Origin: a virus
Taxonomy: Duplodnaviria > Caudoviricetes
Length of the DNA: 64,000 nt
Reading direction: 5' to 3' (one strand)
Virus record (IMG/VR): IMGVR_UViG_3300025129_000005
Position 1 is the stretch's first letter. Each line of letters starts with the position of its first letter. This document shows, one piece after another, positions 9,195 to 19,388 of the stretch. The notes beneath the pieces were generated by a model. It did no database searches, had not been told where the DNA came from, and saw nothing but the letters and a program-made list of their open reading frames with translations. Position numbers and translations under genes: made by a program.

Positions 9195-9764
9195 ATGAAA
9201 TATGAAGATTTTAAACTATTACACGAAACTAAGCCTACATTCTCAAAAAACAACGTTTCTGGTGGAATAATTTTCGTTTTATTCACGATTTGTATATTCA
9301 TGTCAGCATTTCTGCACCAAGAAAGGCACACAACAGATTACGTCAATAAAATAAAAAAAAGTTTGCAAGTAGAAAGAGAACATCATCGTTACTACAAAGC
9401 CCTCGCAGAAGAAAGAAGGCGTGTTATCATTAAATATAATGCCGAAAGAACACAAACAGTAGATGTATCGTTCTATACAAGATCTGTCGCTGAGACGGAT
9501 TCAACCCCAAATCAAACAGCAATTATAACCTTCGCCAGACCTGATTTCACTGTAGCGGTCAGTCACGATTTAAAGTGGATGTTAGGTCATTACATATATA
9601 TTTACAAAAAAGGAGTCTTCTATGTGGAAGACTTGATGAATGAAAGATACAAAAAAAGAGTTGACATTTTAGTCGATAAAGTTAAAGATATACCTTCTGA
9701 GGGGGTTTTAAAGAACATGGAAGTTATGGTATTAGGGAAAGAGTTAGATCTATATTACGAGTAA
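9195..9764 (+). CDS. Membrane-anchored 3D-domain protein (putative lytic transglycosylase)
   Basis: TM helix, coiled coil, then SFYT...ETDSTPNQTA...VAVSHDL...VEDLMN...RVDI. Confidence 0.7.
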   Translation: MKYEDFKLLHETKPTFSKNNVSGGIIFVLFTICIFMSAFLHQERHTTDYVNKIKKSLQVEREHHRYYKALAEERRRVIIKYNAERTQTVDVSFYTRSVAETDSTPNQTAIITFARPDFTVAVSHDLKWMLGHYIYIYKKGVFYVEDLMNERYKKRVDILVDKVKDIPSEGVLKNMEVMVLGKELDLYYE

Positions 9765-9778
9765 GAAAGGTCTATGGA

Positions 9779-10681
9779 ATGAAAAACAAAGTAGATGTAT
9801 TGGTGCTGGGGCATGTTGACCCAGACGGGTATTGCGCCGCTGGTATAGTGAGTTATTTTGAAACGGGCACCAAAGAGTGGTATGGAATGAATTATGGATA
9901 TAAGATTCCATGGAACAAAATCAAACGTTCAAGAAAGATCTACATGGTAGATTTTTCGCTTCCTCCACAGGAAATGGCAAAAATCCGTGATATGGTTGGA
10001 TATGATAATTTTATTTGGATTGACCACCACAAAACTGTTATCGAAGATGTTGATAAGTCAGGACAAAAAATCAAAGGATTACGAAGAATTGGTAACTCTG
10101 GATGTGAATTAACATGGGAATGGTTTTCTGATCAACACATGCCAAAAGCTGTTCGGATGATCGGAAGATATGATGTATGGGATATAGAGTATACCAACAT
10201 CAAAGAAGGTATTGTTAAACAAGATCTATTTCCTTTTGTGACTGGCATCAAATTTCATGATCCTGATGGTGATAGTAATCAATTTTGGTTTAAATTGTTC
10301 GAATCCGAGGAATATTGTGATAAAATTATAGAAGAAGGTAGAATATGCTACGAATATCAACAAAAAATGTATGCTAAGTATTGTAAATCACACTCATTCG
10401 ATATGGAGTGGGAAGGTCTGCGTTTTCTCGTTGTCAACGCATTGAACTGTAATAGTCAAATGTTTGATTCAAAATTCAATCATGATGACTATGACGCGGT
10501 TATGGCATATGGATATACTAACAAGAACTGGTCAGTTAGTATGTACACCGATAAACCGGGGATTGATGTTGGTACCTTGGCACATAAGTATGGTGGGGGT
10601 GGACATACCGGGGCTTGTGGAATGAGTTTTATCCGAGATTTGCCTTTTCAACATCTATTACAATGGAAAGACAGAGAATAA
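9779..10681 (+). CDS. DHH/DHHA1 phosphoesterase
   Basis: HVDPDG, MVDFS, WIDHHK and GGGGHTGACG motifs. Confidence 0.85.
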   Translation: MKNKVDVLVLGHVDPDGYCAAGIVSYFETGTKEWYGMNYGYKIPWNKIKRSRKIYMVDFSLPPQEMAKIRDMVGYDNFIWIDHHKTVIEDVDKSGQKIKGLRRIGNSGCELTWEWFSDQHMPKAVRMIGRYDVWDIEYTNIKEGIVKQDLFPFVTGIKFHDPDGDSNQFWFKLFESEEYCDKIIEEGRICYEYQQKMYAKYCKSHSFDMEWEGLRFLVVNALNCNSQMFDSKFNHDDYDAVMAYGYTNKNWSVSMYTDKPGIDVGTLAHKYGGGGHTGACGMSFIRDLPFQHLLQWKDRE

Positions 10682-10684
10682 AAG

Positions 10685-10717
10685 AAAAAGGGAGTCTTTA
10701 ATAGAGACTCCCTTTTT
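10685..10717. terminator. Bidirectional intrinsic terminator
   Basis: AAAAAGGGAGTCT-N7-AGACTCCCTTTTT between convergent genes. Confidence 0.85.
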
Positions 10718-10719
10718 AG

Positions 10720-12345
10720 TTAATCCCAATAATTTAACCTATAATCAGGTGACTTTTTCTTCTGAGTCTGGACATACCATGCATATGATGAGGTATCTGC
10801 ACCAGCACTAACCTTGACGTAAGGAAAATATATATCATACGAGTCTTTAAGTTTACCAGATAAATCTAACAAAGGAGATATCGTTGACCATGATCCTAAA
10901 ATTAAAAATGAATTAGCCTCATTATATTCTATAACAAAATCATTCAAATACCATGAATTATCAAACAGTATTACATATAATCCCATACCAGACGTATATA
11001 ATGGCGTCTGATCGGAAAGCGTTACCAGCGTATCCAAACCACTCTGAGTAAATATCCCATTATACCTTTTAGCTACACTGAAATCCAACACACCGGGGTT
11101 TTGAGGTGCGAATACAGGAAGACCCGTAGATATATTATATTTTGTTATAGAAGTGATAGTATCCATTGTTGATTCGTAAAATTTGATATCTCCGTAAGAA
11201 TTAATCCATGAATACCATACACCTACGTTAGTACTGCCACTTACAACAAAAGAATCGGGTTCGACCCCTTGATTCGGGATAGTATCATCATAAGGACCAT
11301 TTCTATCACTACATCCTATAATTCTACATCCTTTAGATGCTTCAAACCATACTGCGTCAAGTATCTTACAATTTATAAAAGTTGACCATCTATCAAAAAA
11401 GAATCCATTTTTTGAGATACAATTAATAAATGTTGATCCTGATGATGGAGATACATCACCACCGAAATAACTATCTAAGACGACAGACCTGCCGCCAAGG
11501 TCAAGACCTCAACCACTAGACGTTCGAACGTTCCTGACATAACATCCTGTGGACAATGCTCCGTTTGCTATAGTTAAACCATTATTGCCATCGTTATATT
11601 TAAGTAATCCGTTAACATTTTCAATAATCCATTTGATACCAGCTTTATCATGCCAAGGTCTGCTGCTATTGTCAAAGATATCATCCAGACCATTTGATGA
11701 TATAAGTGTGGGTGGATTATCCCATACACCAATAGAAAGATTTTTCATTTCTATCAAAATTTCTCTATTAATAGCGAAAGGTATTATCCCTTCATATGAT
11801 TCATATGAATTATATTCTTTCAATACCAGTGTTGTATCACTAATAATATCTGTAATGGTGAACAGAGTATTCGTGTTATTTGGCTCAAAAAAGTCCCCTA
11901 TGACCGGAGCTTTAGTGTATGTTGTTTCTAATGAAGACCATACAAAGTTATTAGCCACGACAATATTTGTACCATATTCAAACGTAATTGAATATGTTTG
12001 TGATTCTGGTGACAAAACCGGGGGATCTTGTGTATAGTCATAAGATGAATTATAGTTATCAGGGTAATGGACATCAAATCTATAAAAATTTGTTCCTTCT
12101 GTAACATGAATTCTAGTGTTATCCTCACCCTTACCATAAAAACGTATTGGTGTCACTGAAACCGATAAATCAACATCTATATCATTATAGATTTGATGAT
12201 CTCCTTCGGATAATAACATATTCCTCTGACCAGCATTCCAAGAGTCTTCTATTGTAAGGAAGTCTCCGGCTCCAGTCGGATCTATAATAGACCATGTGAG
12301 ACTATCAACAGATCTTTTTGGAAAAAATTTATTCAATTGTGTCAT
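10720..12345 (-). CDS. Beta-helix-like virion/receptor-binding paralog with one in-frame TGA (codon 279; candidate Sec readthrough or nonsense allele)
   Basis: ORFs 11509-12345 and 10720-11166 are in the same frame; the 114 intervening codons have no stop; the joined 541 aa aligns end to end with the three 553-561 aa paralogs at 31730-36811. Confidence 0.8.
11479..11511 (-). promoter_or_regulatory. Candidate bacterial SECIS element after UGA
   Basis: mRNA UGA-GGUCUUGACCUU-GGCGGCA GGUC UGUCGUC: 7-bp stem with G-led loop, apex matching fdhF SECIS GCAGGUCUG. Confidence 0.55.
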
Positions 12346-12387
12346 TCATCTCTCCTATAATTTTCTTCGAAATGGTTGGTAGTAATA

Positions 12388-13914
12388 TTAGTTTTCTTCT
12401 CTGTCCTCTTTCTCTACCTTCTTCTTTTTTTTATTCTTGATATAATCAGGTCTATTGGTAACCATATAAACTCTAGCAGGATTAACCACTGATCCAGATC
12501 TTATCATAAAATCTTTATTGATTAGAACAGGTGTTGTTTTATGACTACGATCATTTAAATTAAACGGTACTTTTGAATAATTAACACCTTCAAATGTGAC
12601 ATTTAATTCTACAACTACCCTCTTCTCATCCAATTTTTCTTCCGAATCAGAATTATTTTTCATTCTAATTTCGTTTAATTTCGTCCCTGACATCTTTTTA
12701 CCCATAGTAGACCATGTTACCTTAGACCCTTCGACATTAACGTCTTGTGCGTCAAGTGAGGAGCTACCAGCGGCATTTCCGGTGTCAAACCGAGCATGTA
12801 ATTGACCGATACCCTCGATCTCTATGGATTCAATCACACCAATCTGCTGTGGTGGTCTATTCCAATTTATGGTATTCTTTGCATATTGCATCACCATATC
12901 AACAATATCTAATTTGGTCAGTTCCTCTATACCATCTGTACCGGGGGAAGAGTTAACCTCAAGAATATATGGGTTTCCTTCAACATCAAACATGATATCC
13001 ACGCCGCACCATTTACACTGAACTGATTTTGCAGCTTTAACTGCCAATTCTCGTATTTCCTTGGTTGGTCTATATTTACCAGTCTTTCCGCCTAGATGAA
13101 CGTTTGAACGGAAATCGTTATCAACGACCTTTCGCTTCATTGCCGCAATAACCTTGTCACCCAAAACATGAAGTCGAACATCATGGTCAGACTTAACGTA
13201 TCTCTGCAACATCATCTCAACTTCATCACCAACAGCCCATATAGCTTGAAGTGTGGACTTTAATGCTTTGTACTCATTGACAATGAATACACCTTTCCCC
13301 TGAGTACCACTTAATGTCTTAACAACAACAGGAAATCCACCGCCAACTTTTTTGTGTGCCAACTCAAGCATTTCCTCTGTAGGAACTAGCGCAGTATCAG
13401 GAACAGGAAGACCAGCTTCAACTAGCTTTAATGTTGTTAAATACTTGTCTTCACATGTTTGAATAGAAGACTTTTCGTTCAAGAAACAAAAACGATATCT
13501 CTCAAGACGTGACATAAGGTTTTGTGAATATCGATGAAACATAACACCGCGTCTGGCAATGACAAAAGTTTTATCACGATCAATCTCATGACCTTCTTTA
13601 TCACCAACGTTATAGATCTTGATAGTTCCTTCGTCGCCTTTCTCAAGATAAGCAGTGTCAGCGAATGCTGTGTAAAAAGGAACATCATTTTTGCTACACC
13701 ATTTCTCTATTTTGATGATAGTTGGGTTCTTTTTTGACATCTTTCTATTCTTGGAATCGGTAGATGATGTTAGTATAAGGATATTAAACCCTTCAACCTC
13801 ATCAATATCAACCATTTCCTCTTCGGGATCAGAGTCAATACCATCTGCTTCATGGATAACAGAATTTAACTTTAACTTTTCAAATTCTTCTTTAAGTGAC
13901 ATTTGATACCCCAT
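12388..13914 (-). CDS. RimK-family ATP-grasp ligase fused to RimK-associated aspartic-type protease domain
   Basis: DKYLT, VVKTLSGTQGKGV, DFRSNVHLGG, CGVDI, ILEVNSSPG; C-terminal ARFDTGN...LNDRSH...VLI. Confidence 0.85.
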   Translation of the reverse strand: MGYQMSLKEEFEKLKLNSVIHEADGIDSDPEEEMVDIDEVEGFNILILTSSTDSKNRKMSKKNPTIIKIEKWCSKNDVPFYTAFADTAYLEKGDEGTIKIYNVGDKEGHEIDRDKTFVIARRGVMFHRYSQNLMSRLERYRFCFLNEKSSIQTCEDKYLTTLKLVEAGLPVPDTALVPTEEMLELAHKKVGGGFPVVVKTLSGTQGKGVFIVNEYKALKSTLQAIWAVGDEVEMMLQRYVKSDHDVRLHVLGDKVIAAMKRKVVDNDFRSNVHLGGKTGKYRPTKEIRELAVKAAKSVQCKWCGVDIMFDVEGNPYILEVNSSPGTDGIEELTKLDIVDMVMQYAKNTINWNRPPQQIGVIESIEIEGIGQLHARFDTGNAAGSSSLDAQDVNVEGSKVTWSTMGKKMSGTKLNEIRMKNNSDSEEKLDEKRVVVELNVTFEGVNYSKVPFNLNDRSHKTTPVLINKDFMIRSGSVVNPARVYMVTNRPDYIKNKKKKKVEKEDREEN

Positions 13915-14144
13915 TATGAGTTACTATTTCTAATATCTTTGTCTACCTCAGCGCCCAATTTACGTAAATCGCTGATAATTCTATGAACTTTCTTTCTGAT
14001 ATTAAAATTAATTATTTCCATTTCCGATATAGTTTCTAATTGAAACTGGATATCCTCAAACATCTTATCAACATCGTTTGCGATATCTTTAGGAGTGTTA
14101 CGACCATTTAATATTTCTTTAAGATATTCTCTTATATTACTCAT
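13914..14144 (-). CDS. Hypothetical protein with capsid-targeting-like leader
   Basis: MSNIREYLKE; TAATG coupling to the RimK gene. Confidence 0.55.
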   Translation of the reverse strand: MSNIREYLKEILNGRNTPKDIANDVDKMFEDIQFQLETISEMEIINFNIRKKVHRIISDLRKLGAEVDKDIRNSNS

Positions 14145-14194
14145 TCATTAGACCCTACCTATTAATTATATTTTTCTGTTACATTTATCAGGTC

Positions 14195-15622
14195 TTACTG
14201 TAGCTTTTTATCCTTCATCTCTTTAGCCACTTCATACATAATAGGTTTGAGTAATTCATCTGGATATCCCTTACCCCAAAAATTCAACCCCTGTACATTG
14301 GTGATATCTTTATGACCGCCTGATTGTGTTGTAATAATATCCCATAGATTTACGGTAATTTTATCTAACATGCTCTTCTGCTTGAATGACAACGAATCAA
14401 ACTTTGACTTTGATATGCTTTTGATGAATGAAGTCCAACCACCCTCACTGTCAAGTTCGACACCGTTGACTTGTTTTTGATCAAACATGGCAACAAAGTC
14501 TTCCCATTTGAAACCCATTGCATCCAAATCACCCTTAATATCACTCTCCATGATACGCTTGATATCACCAAGGCTAACCTTTTTTTTCTGCATCTTTGAT
14601 TTAAATTTGGACATAATATTATTCATAACCAAATCACCTAAATGATAAGGGTTTTTCCCTGATTTAAATGGATTTTTGGAAACCTGAACGAGACCCATAG
14701 CCCACCCAATACAAAGATAATCAGCATCAGGATAAAGTTTGAATGGTGTATATCTATCATATACATTACTACCACCCATAAAGCCACCACCGTATTGAAC
14801 AATTGTGTTTCCCCATAAAGTTGATTGCCCCATTTTCAGCTTAGAGGGGTTTGTCTCTGATTTAACCATGCCACCCTTCTGCTGTGATACATAATTTTCG
14901 GTACCCTTTTTAATGACATTTGATGGTCTGAATCCATCTTTTTTTGCTAAATCAACGATAACATTGTACATACTAATAAGAGAAGGTTTTGATTTCATAA
15001 CAACGTCTTGTAGAAAGTTCTTTTTTCCTTTATTGGCCAGAAGCAATTTATTAACAACCATACCCATAGCAAAGTGATTTTTTTCAACATCTATTGTATC
15101 ATCATATCCAAACGCTCCATTCATAACTTGATCTGGATTAATACCGTGTTTCGCATAATCAGCACTATCAACCATTTTGATGACTTCAAGGTCTTTAGTT
15201 GGAAATATTTCACTAGGAGATATTTTTGCTGAAATTGCTGCTACGTTAGCAGGATCATGAGCAAAATCAGTTGAAGTGGTTGTATTAACACCCGTCTGAC
15301 CATCATGGTGATCTGTATGAATATCAAGAAAAGGTTTGCCATGGGCAAAATCAACCATCCATGTTAACGTTCCCTTTTGTGGCTTTGCGGCTTTAAACTC
15401 GTTCCCTCCATAATTAATGGGTATGACTTTTGTTGTTTTAATACCATATCGCTCAAGATAGGATTTCATACCAAGGGCTGAGGTTACACCATCTAAGTCC
15501 ATATGAAAATAACCAGTTGCAGTCTTATATTTCTTGGCCAAATCTTTGATATTACGAAGACCTGACTCGTTTACCTTACTATGTACCGCTTCTGCTTGCT
15601 CTAAATGTTCAAATATATTCAT
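14195..15622 (-). CDS. DHH-superfamily phosphoesterase-like protein
   Basis: HMDLDG, VDFAH, TDHHD and C-terminal SGGH motifs; leader ...VNE|S. Confidence 0.65.
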   Translation of the reverse strand: MNIFEHLEQAEAVHSKVNESGLRNIKDLAKKYKTATGYFHMDLDGVTSALGMKSYLERYGIKTTKVIPINYGGNEFKAAKPQKGTLTWMVDFAHGKPFLDIHTDHHDGQTGVNTTTSTDFAHDPANVAAISAKISPSEIFPTKDLEVIKMVDSADYAKHGINPDQVMNGAFGYDDTIDVEKNHFAMGMVVNKLLLANKGKKNFLQDVVMKSKPSLISMYNVIVDLAKKDGFRPSNVIKKGTENYVSQQKGGMVKSETNPSKLKMGQSTLWGNTIVQYGGGFMGGSNVYDRYTPFKLYPDADYLCIGWAMGLVQVSKNPFKSGKNPYHLGDLVMNNIMSKFKSKMQKKKVSLGDIKRIMESDIKGDLDAMGFKWEDFVAMFDQKQVNGVELDSEGGWTSFIKSISKSKFDSLSFKQKSMLDKITVNLWDIITTQSGGHKDITNVQGLNFWGKGYPDELLKPIMYEVAKEMKDKKLQ

Positions 15623-15701
15623 ACTAACTCCTAGTTATAATTTATATTAGTATTTATCTTATATTACTACATATATACTTTGACCGATATTAAAACTCTA
15701 T

Positions 15702-16361
15702 TCACAATAACTTGGTCAATTCATCCTCAAAAAACGGGTCTATCAGGTAGTATTCTTTGCATCTCCACATAGATTCAAAAGTCCTCTGACTTAACCACGT
15801 TTTCATACCACTATCTCTGAAACCTTCAACCCTTTTCTTCCATTTTTCAAGTTTCTTACGATCATAGTCATCATCCCCATTAGTACCAGCAATATCATTA
15901 ATAAGTTCACCATTTTTATCAAAGTTTATGACACGATGTGGTGTGTTTATAAATAAATCATCAACGTCAGGGTTATATATGTATTTGTATTGACCTATTG
16001 GCATGAATATCAATCCGTAACCATAAGTATAAGTCTCGCTATAATTATGTGTTGCAAATACACCAGTATTACGAGGCATCCAACCAAATTTCTTTTTAAA
16101 TATTTTATTCAAATAATCCTGTATGTCCTGTCTCATGTTCATAGGTTTTCTATTCATACGAGGTTTTTTCTTGAATATGGCAAATTTATCTTTATCATTC
16201 TTACCCAGAGACCTAACGCCACGATAGAAATACCAATCAGTACCAAATTCACGAAGATATGGTGCGCATTTTCTTTTAAGTTCATCAGCAATCTCTTCGA
16301 CAGAATTAAATTCAACCCTTTCAGCCGAGGATTCTTCGGTTATATATCGAACTAATCTCAT
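15702..16361 (-). CDS. ADP-ribosyltransferase-like paralog A
   Basis: Leader MRLVRYITE; FYRG, GVFAT, YG and late FESMW..YY. Confidence 0.5.
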   Translation of the reverse strand: MRLVRYITEESSAERVEFNSVEEIADELKRKCAPYLREFGTDWYFYRGVRSLGKNDKDKFAIFKKKPRMNRKPMNMRQDIQDYLNKIFKKKFGWMPRNTGVFATHNYSETYTYGYGLIFMPIGQYKYIYNPDVDDLFINTPHRVINFDKNGELINDIAGTNGDDDYDRKKLEKWKKRVEGFRDSGMKTWLSQRTFESMWRCKEYYLIDPFFEDELTKLL

Positions 16362-17008
16362 TAATACCTCTCAATGCCCAGATATTTTGATAATTCATCT
16401 ATGATAACCATGTCAACATAATAGTAACCATTAGGGCAATTAAATATAACCTCTCGTGCTTGTTTATCACGCCAAGCTTTTTTTAGATTACCGCCGAAAT
16501 AACCATCAACCAAAAAATCAACATCCTTCTGTTCCAAAAAATACAAAGGATCTTTATAACGTAATCTAAGTTCAGATTCTATTTGGCTTTGTGCTATAAA
16601 AAAATCATAATGATCTTCTGAATACACAAACTTATACCCATTCACAGGAAACATTAAATATAAGTTTTTTCCGTACCCCCTAGACATACCGGGTCTTGTT
16701 GCGGTAAACACTCCCTCACTTCTGACTTTCCAACCAAATTTTTTCATGAATGATTTGTCTGCCATATCGTGGACACGTTTTCTTGTATCAACAGGTCTTC
16801 GATTCAGCCTTGGTTTTTGTTTAGAGATAAAAACGCCCCTTTCCAATTGTCGGTTAGTCCCTCTATAAAGAAACCCCCCAGTCTCTCTTATAAACAGAGA
16901 ACAATCCTTTTGTAATATTGTTAAAACATTATCAAGATCTGGATCCTCTCCACGTATTCTGGTACCTTGCTCCGTGATAAGGTCTGTTATGTACTGTTCA
17001 AATTTCAC
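16361..17008 (-). CDS. ADP-ribosyltransferase-like paralog B
   Basis: Leader MKFEQYITDLITE; LYRG, RSEGVFTAT, YG and REVIF. Confidence 0.5.
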   Translation of the reverse strand: MKFEQYITDLITEQGTRIRGEDPDLDNVLTILQKDCSLFIRETGGFLYRGTNRQLERGVFISKQKPRLNRRPVDTRKRVHDMADKSFMKKFGWKVRSEGVFTATRPGMSRGYGKNLYLMFPVNGYKFVYSEDHYDFFIAQSQIESELRLRYKDPLYFLEQKDVDFLVDGYFGGNLKKAWRDKQAREVIFNCPNGYYYVDMVIIDELSKYLGIERY

Positions 17009-17038
17009 TAAAAATACCCTCTACAATTCAACTTAATT

Positions 17039-17782
17039 TTATTGGGATGCGGCGATTTTCTCTCGTATTTTTCTGACCGCAGGTAATTCCGATTTTGCTG
17101 TATGTTTAATTCCAGTATAAAATATGGCTAACATAAGGTTGTATATTGTTCTACCCAACCATGGAACAGAAATAATAGATCCCGTGGCAAACAAACCAAT
17201 CAACATCAGCCCGTCAGGAGATCCAAAAATGTCCTCAAGACTATAAGCACCCTTCAATGCTAATGCTATATTTGTGAAATCGAAATCATAATCCAAATTA
17301 CCTATAAATGTCATCTGAGTCCACATAAAAAATAACAGCCCTGCAACAACCGATCCAGTAACTTTCTTAAGTAGAGGATACTTTTCGGCAAACTCATCAA
17401 ACTTAATCGTCCCCTGTCGTATCTTCTGATATATTTTGGTTTTGTATAATTCACTGAATATCTCAAACAATCCTTGTCTAATAAACATCGTCAGAGTATT
17501 GACAGACTTAAAAATAACTTTTAATGAAAACCCAAATGATTTAAGCAACTTGAACATATTCTTTTCACTAAAAGCATTGATTATCTCTACGGCACTTAGA
17601 CCAAAATCAAATATCATCTGATCGAGAATTTCGCCCGCCTCTTTAAACTTCCTGACAATAAACCCGACCGCCTTGTCCTTTAAATCAACAAGACCCTCGT
17701 CTACACCAAAGTAATAGTTTATTCCTTGGATGTATTGTTCATATGTAACATCAGATTCATTTATATACTGCTCAAATCTCAT
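17039..17782 (-). CDS. Hydrophobic protein with capsid-targeting-like leader
   Basis: MRFEQYINE|S; C-terminal hydrophobic helices. Confidence 0.6.
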   Translation of the reverse strand: MRFEQYINESDVTYEQYIQGINYYFGVDEGLVDLKDKAVGFIVRKFKEAGEILDQMIFDFGLSAVEIINAFSEKNMFKLLKSFGFSLKVIFKSVNTLTMFIRQGLFEIFSELYKTKIYQKIRQGTIKFDEFAEKYPLLKKVTGSVVAGLLFFMWTQMTFIGNLDYDFDFTNIALALKGAYSLEDIFGSPDGLMLIGLFATGSIISVPWLGRTIYNLMLAIFYTGIKHTAKSELPAVRKIREKIAASQ

Positions 17783-18518
17783 ATAAATATTCTCCCTGTG
17801 AAGAACTAACCATCACCGTCTTTGTTGACCACCACACTTCCTTGTTAAACGGTAATACATCACCAACCTTTCGCAAAACAAACCCATTCTTTGCCGGATC
17901 AAGGTAATCAGTACACGCCTGTAACATGTTACCATTGTAAAACTCCTTAAAAAAACGGGACACTGGCTTATTTTTATGCGGCGAGCTTAATACCTCATCC
18001 ATTTTTTCAAATTGTTTAAGTAAAGTTCCCCATTTATCAGAAGGTGATTCCTTTATATACGTTTCGAATGCAAACTTAAGATCTTCATTGAAAGTATCAA
18101 GCGAAGGACTAAAGGAATCCCATAAATCATCCTCTGGACATACACCAATATCAGTACCATCAATGGGTAGCATTATATAAGTTTTTCCTATGTGACGATC
18201 GACCCTGCTGGGGCTTGAAGCACCAATTACTGACTTACTTCTCTTTGGATATTTGTTCCATAACGACATATTATCCATCATAACAGTATAATAATTATAG
18301 GTATATCGAGAATCTCTTTTGAATCTTGATGGTTCAACAACACCATAGTCATTTGTGTAATTTTCGGAACTTCTATATAAACCACGACCCTCTGTATACA
18401 TTCTCAGTGAATTACTGCATCTCTTTTTAATGAATTCAAACGCATCTTCACGACTGATCGGCTTGGTTCGACCACTAGTTCGTTTAGAATCCTCTATTAA
18501 AAAATTTTCTAATCTCAT
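17772..18518 (-). CDS. ADP-ribosyltransferase-like paralog C
   Basis: Leader MRLENFLIE; LYRS, YPKRSKSVIGASS and KEVWW. Confidence 0.5.
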   Translation of the reverse strand: MRLENFLIEDSKRTSGRTKPISREDAFEFIKKRCSNSLRMYTEGRGLYRSSENYTNDYGVVEPSRFKRDSRYTYNYYTVMMDNMSLWNKYPKRSKSVIGASSPSRVDRHIGKTYIMLPIDGTDIGVCPEDDLWDSFSPSLDTFNEDLKFAFETYIKESPSDKWGTLLKQFEKMDEVLSSPHKNKPVSRFFKEFYNGNMLQACTDYLDPAKNGFVLRKVGDVLPFNKEVWWSTKTVMVSSSQGEYLYEI

Positions 18519-18533
18519 AGTAGCTCCTAAATA

Positions 18534-19370
18534 TCAATCAATCTGCGGTAAATTGTGACGATGCAAGAAAAAACAAGCCTCTCCTTGTTCATACAACAAT
18601 CTCCCTATATCATCAAAGGTAATATAACACTCACCATTCATCCCCCATGACTTACCCCATGAATTATGTATAGTGAATCTTTGTTTGGATACATTAACAG
18701 AATTAACTAAAACACAATGACCACCAGCTATTTCACCTTTTGCATAGATATATCCATTAGAATCAGGATAGAACATTCCGGTATACCAATTAATCCCAAT
18801 TACTGCTGGACCGTTATATCCAACACCCAATATCAAGTCCTCCAATCCGAATGCCCAACGATACTCCTCTATCCACCCGAGTTTCTTCGCAACCTTGGCT
18901 CCAGCCAAAACACTCGTCCCTTCATAAAACGGGAATCCTCCGGGATATGACCCACCATTCCATTCATCGATTTTCTGTGCTTCCCAATATATTTTTTCTT
19001 TGGCATATCGTTCCGTGATACCTCTGACTTCTGCTGGTCTGGCGATCAATTCATGGGCAATACCAAAACCAACACAGGCTCCATCAGGTCCCTGATCCAG
19101 TTGAGCATCGCATCTCCATGTATAGGAACGTCTCTTCTTGGTACTGACTGTCGACCTTATACCATATCCACGACTACGTTCATCGAACTGGACTATACGA
19201 TCAAGTCTAGCGTCACTCGTAATAACATGACCCTTCAATAATATACTTCCGTCAACTCGCATCTCATTTACAATTGAATTGAGTTTTTCGTCTTCAAGCT
19301 TCTTGATGTGTTTCATTTCTTTAACTTTTTCCAGATAATCATTATGTCTTGATTGTACAGTGCTACCCAT
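18534..19370 (-). CDS. Papain-like (C1) cysteine peptidase
   Basis: DQGPDGACVGFG (Gln/Cys), GGHCV (His), HNSWGKSWG (Asn). Confidence 0.85.
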   Translation of the reverse strand: MGSTVQSRHNDYLEKVKEMKHIKKLEDEKLNSIVNEMRVDGSILLKGHVITSDARLDRIVQFDERSRGYGIRSTVSTKKRRSYTWRCDAQLDQGPDGACVGFGIAHELIARPAEVRGITERYAKEKIYWEAQKIDEWNGGSYPGGFPFYEGTSVLAGAKVAKKLGWIEEYRWAFGLEDLILGVGYNGPAVIGINWYTGMFYPDSNGYIYAKGEIAGGHCVLVNSVNVSKQRFTIHNSWGKSWGMNGECYITFDDIGRLLYEQGEACFFLHRHNLPQID

Positions 19371-19388
19371 ATCAAATCTCCTTTGTTT

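Noticed and set aside
11255-11275. GGGTTCGACCCC T-loop-like tRNA signal
   Set aside because: Lies within the readthrough coding frame; no cloverleaf can be built.
11509-12345. ORF track calls 11509-12345 and 10720-11166 as separate genes
   Set aside because: Same frame, stop-free gap and continuous homology to full-length paralogs; treated as one gene.
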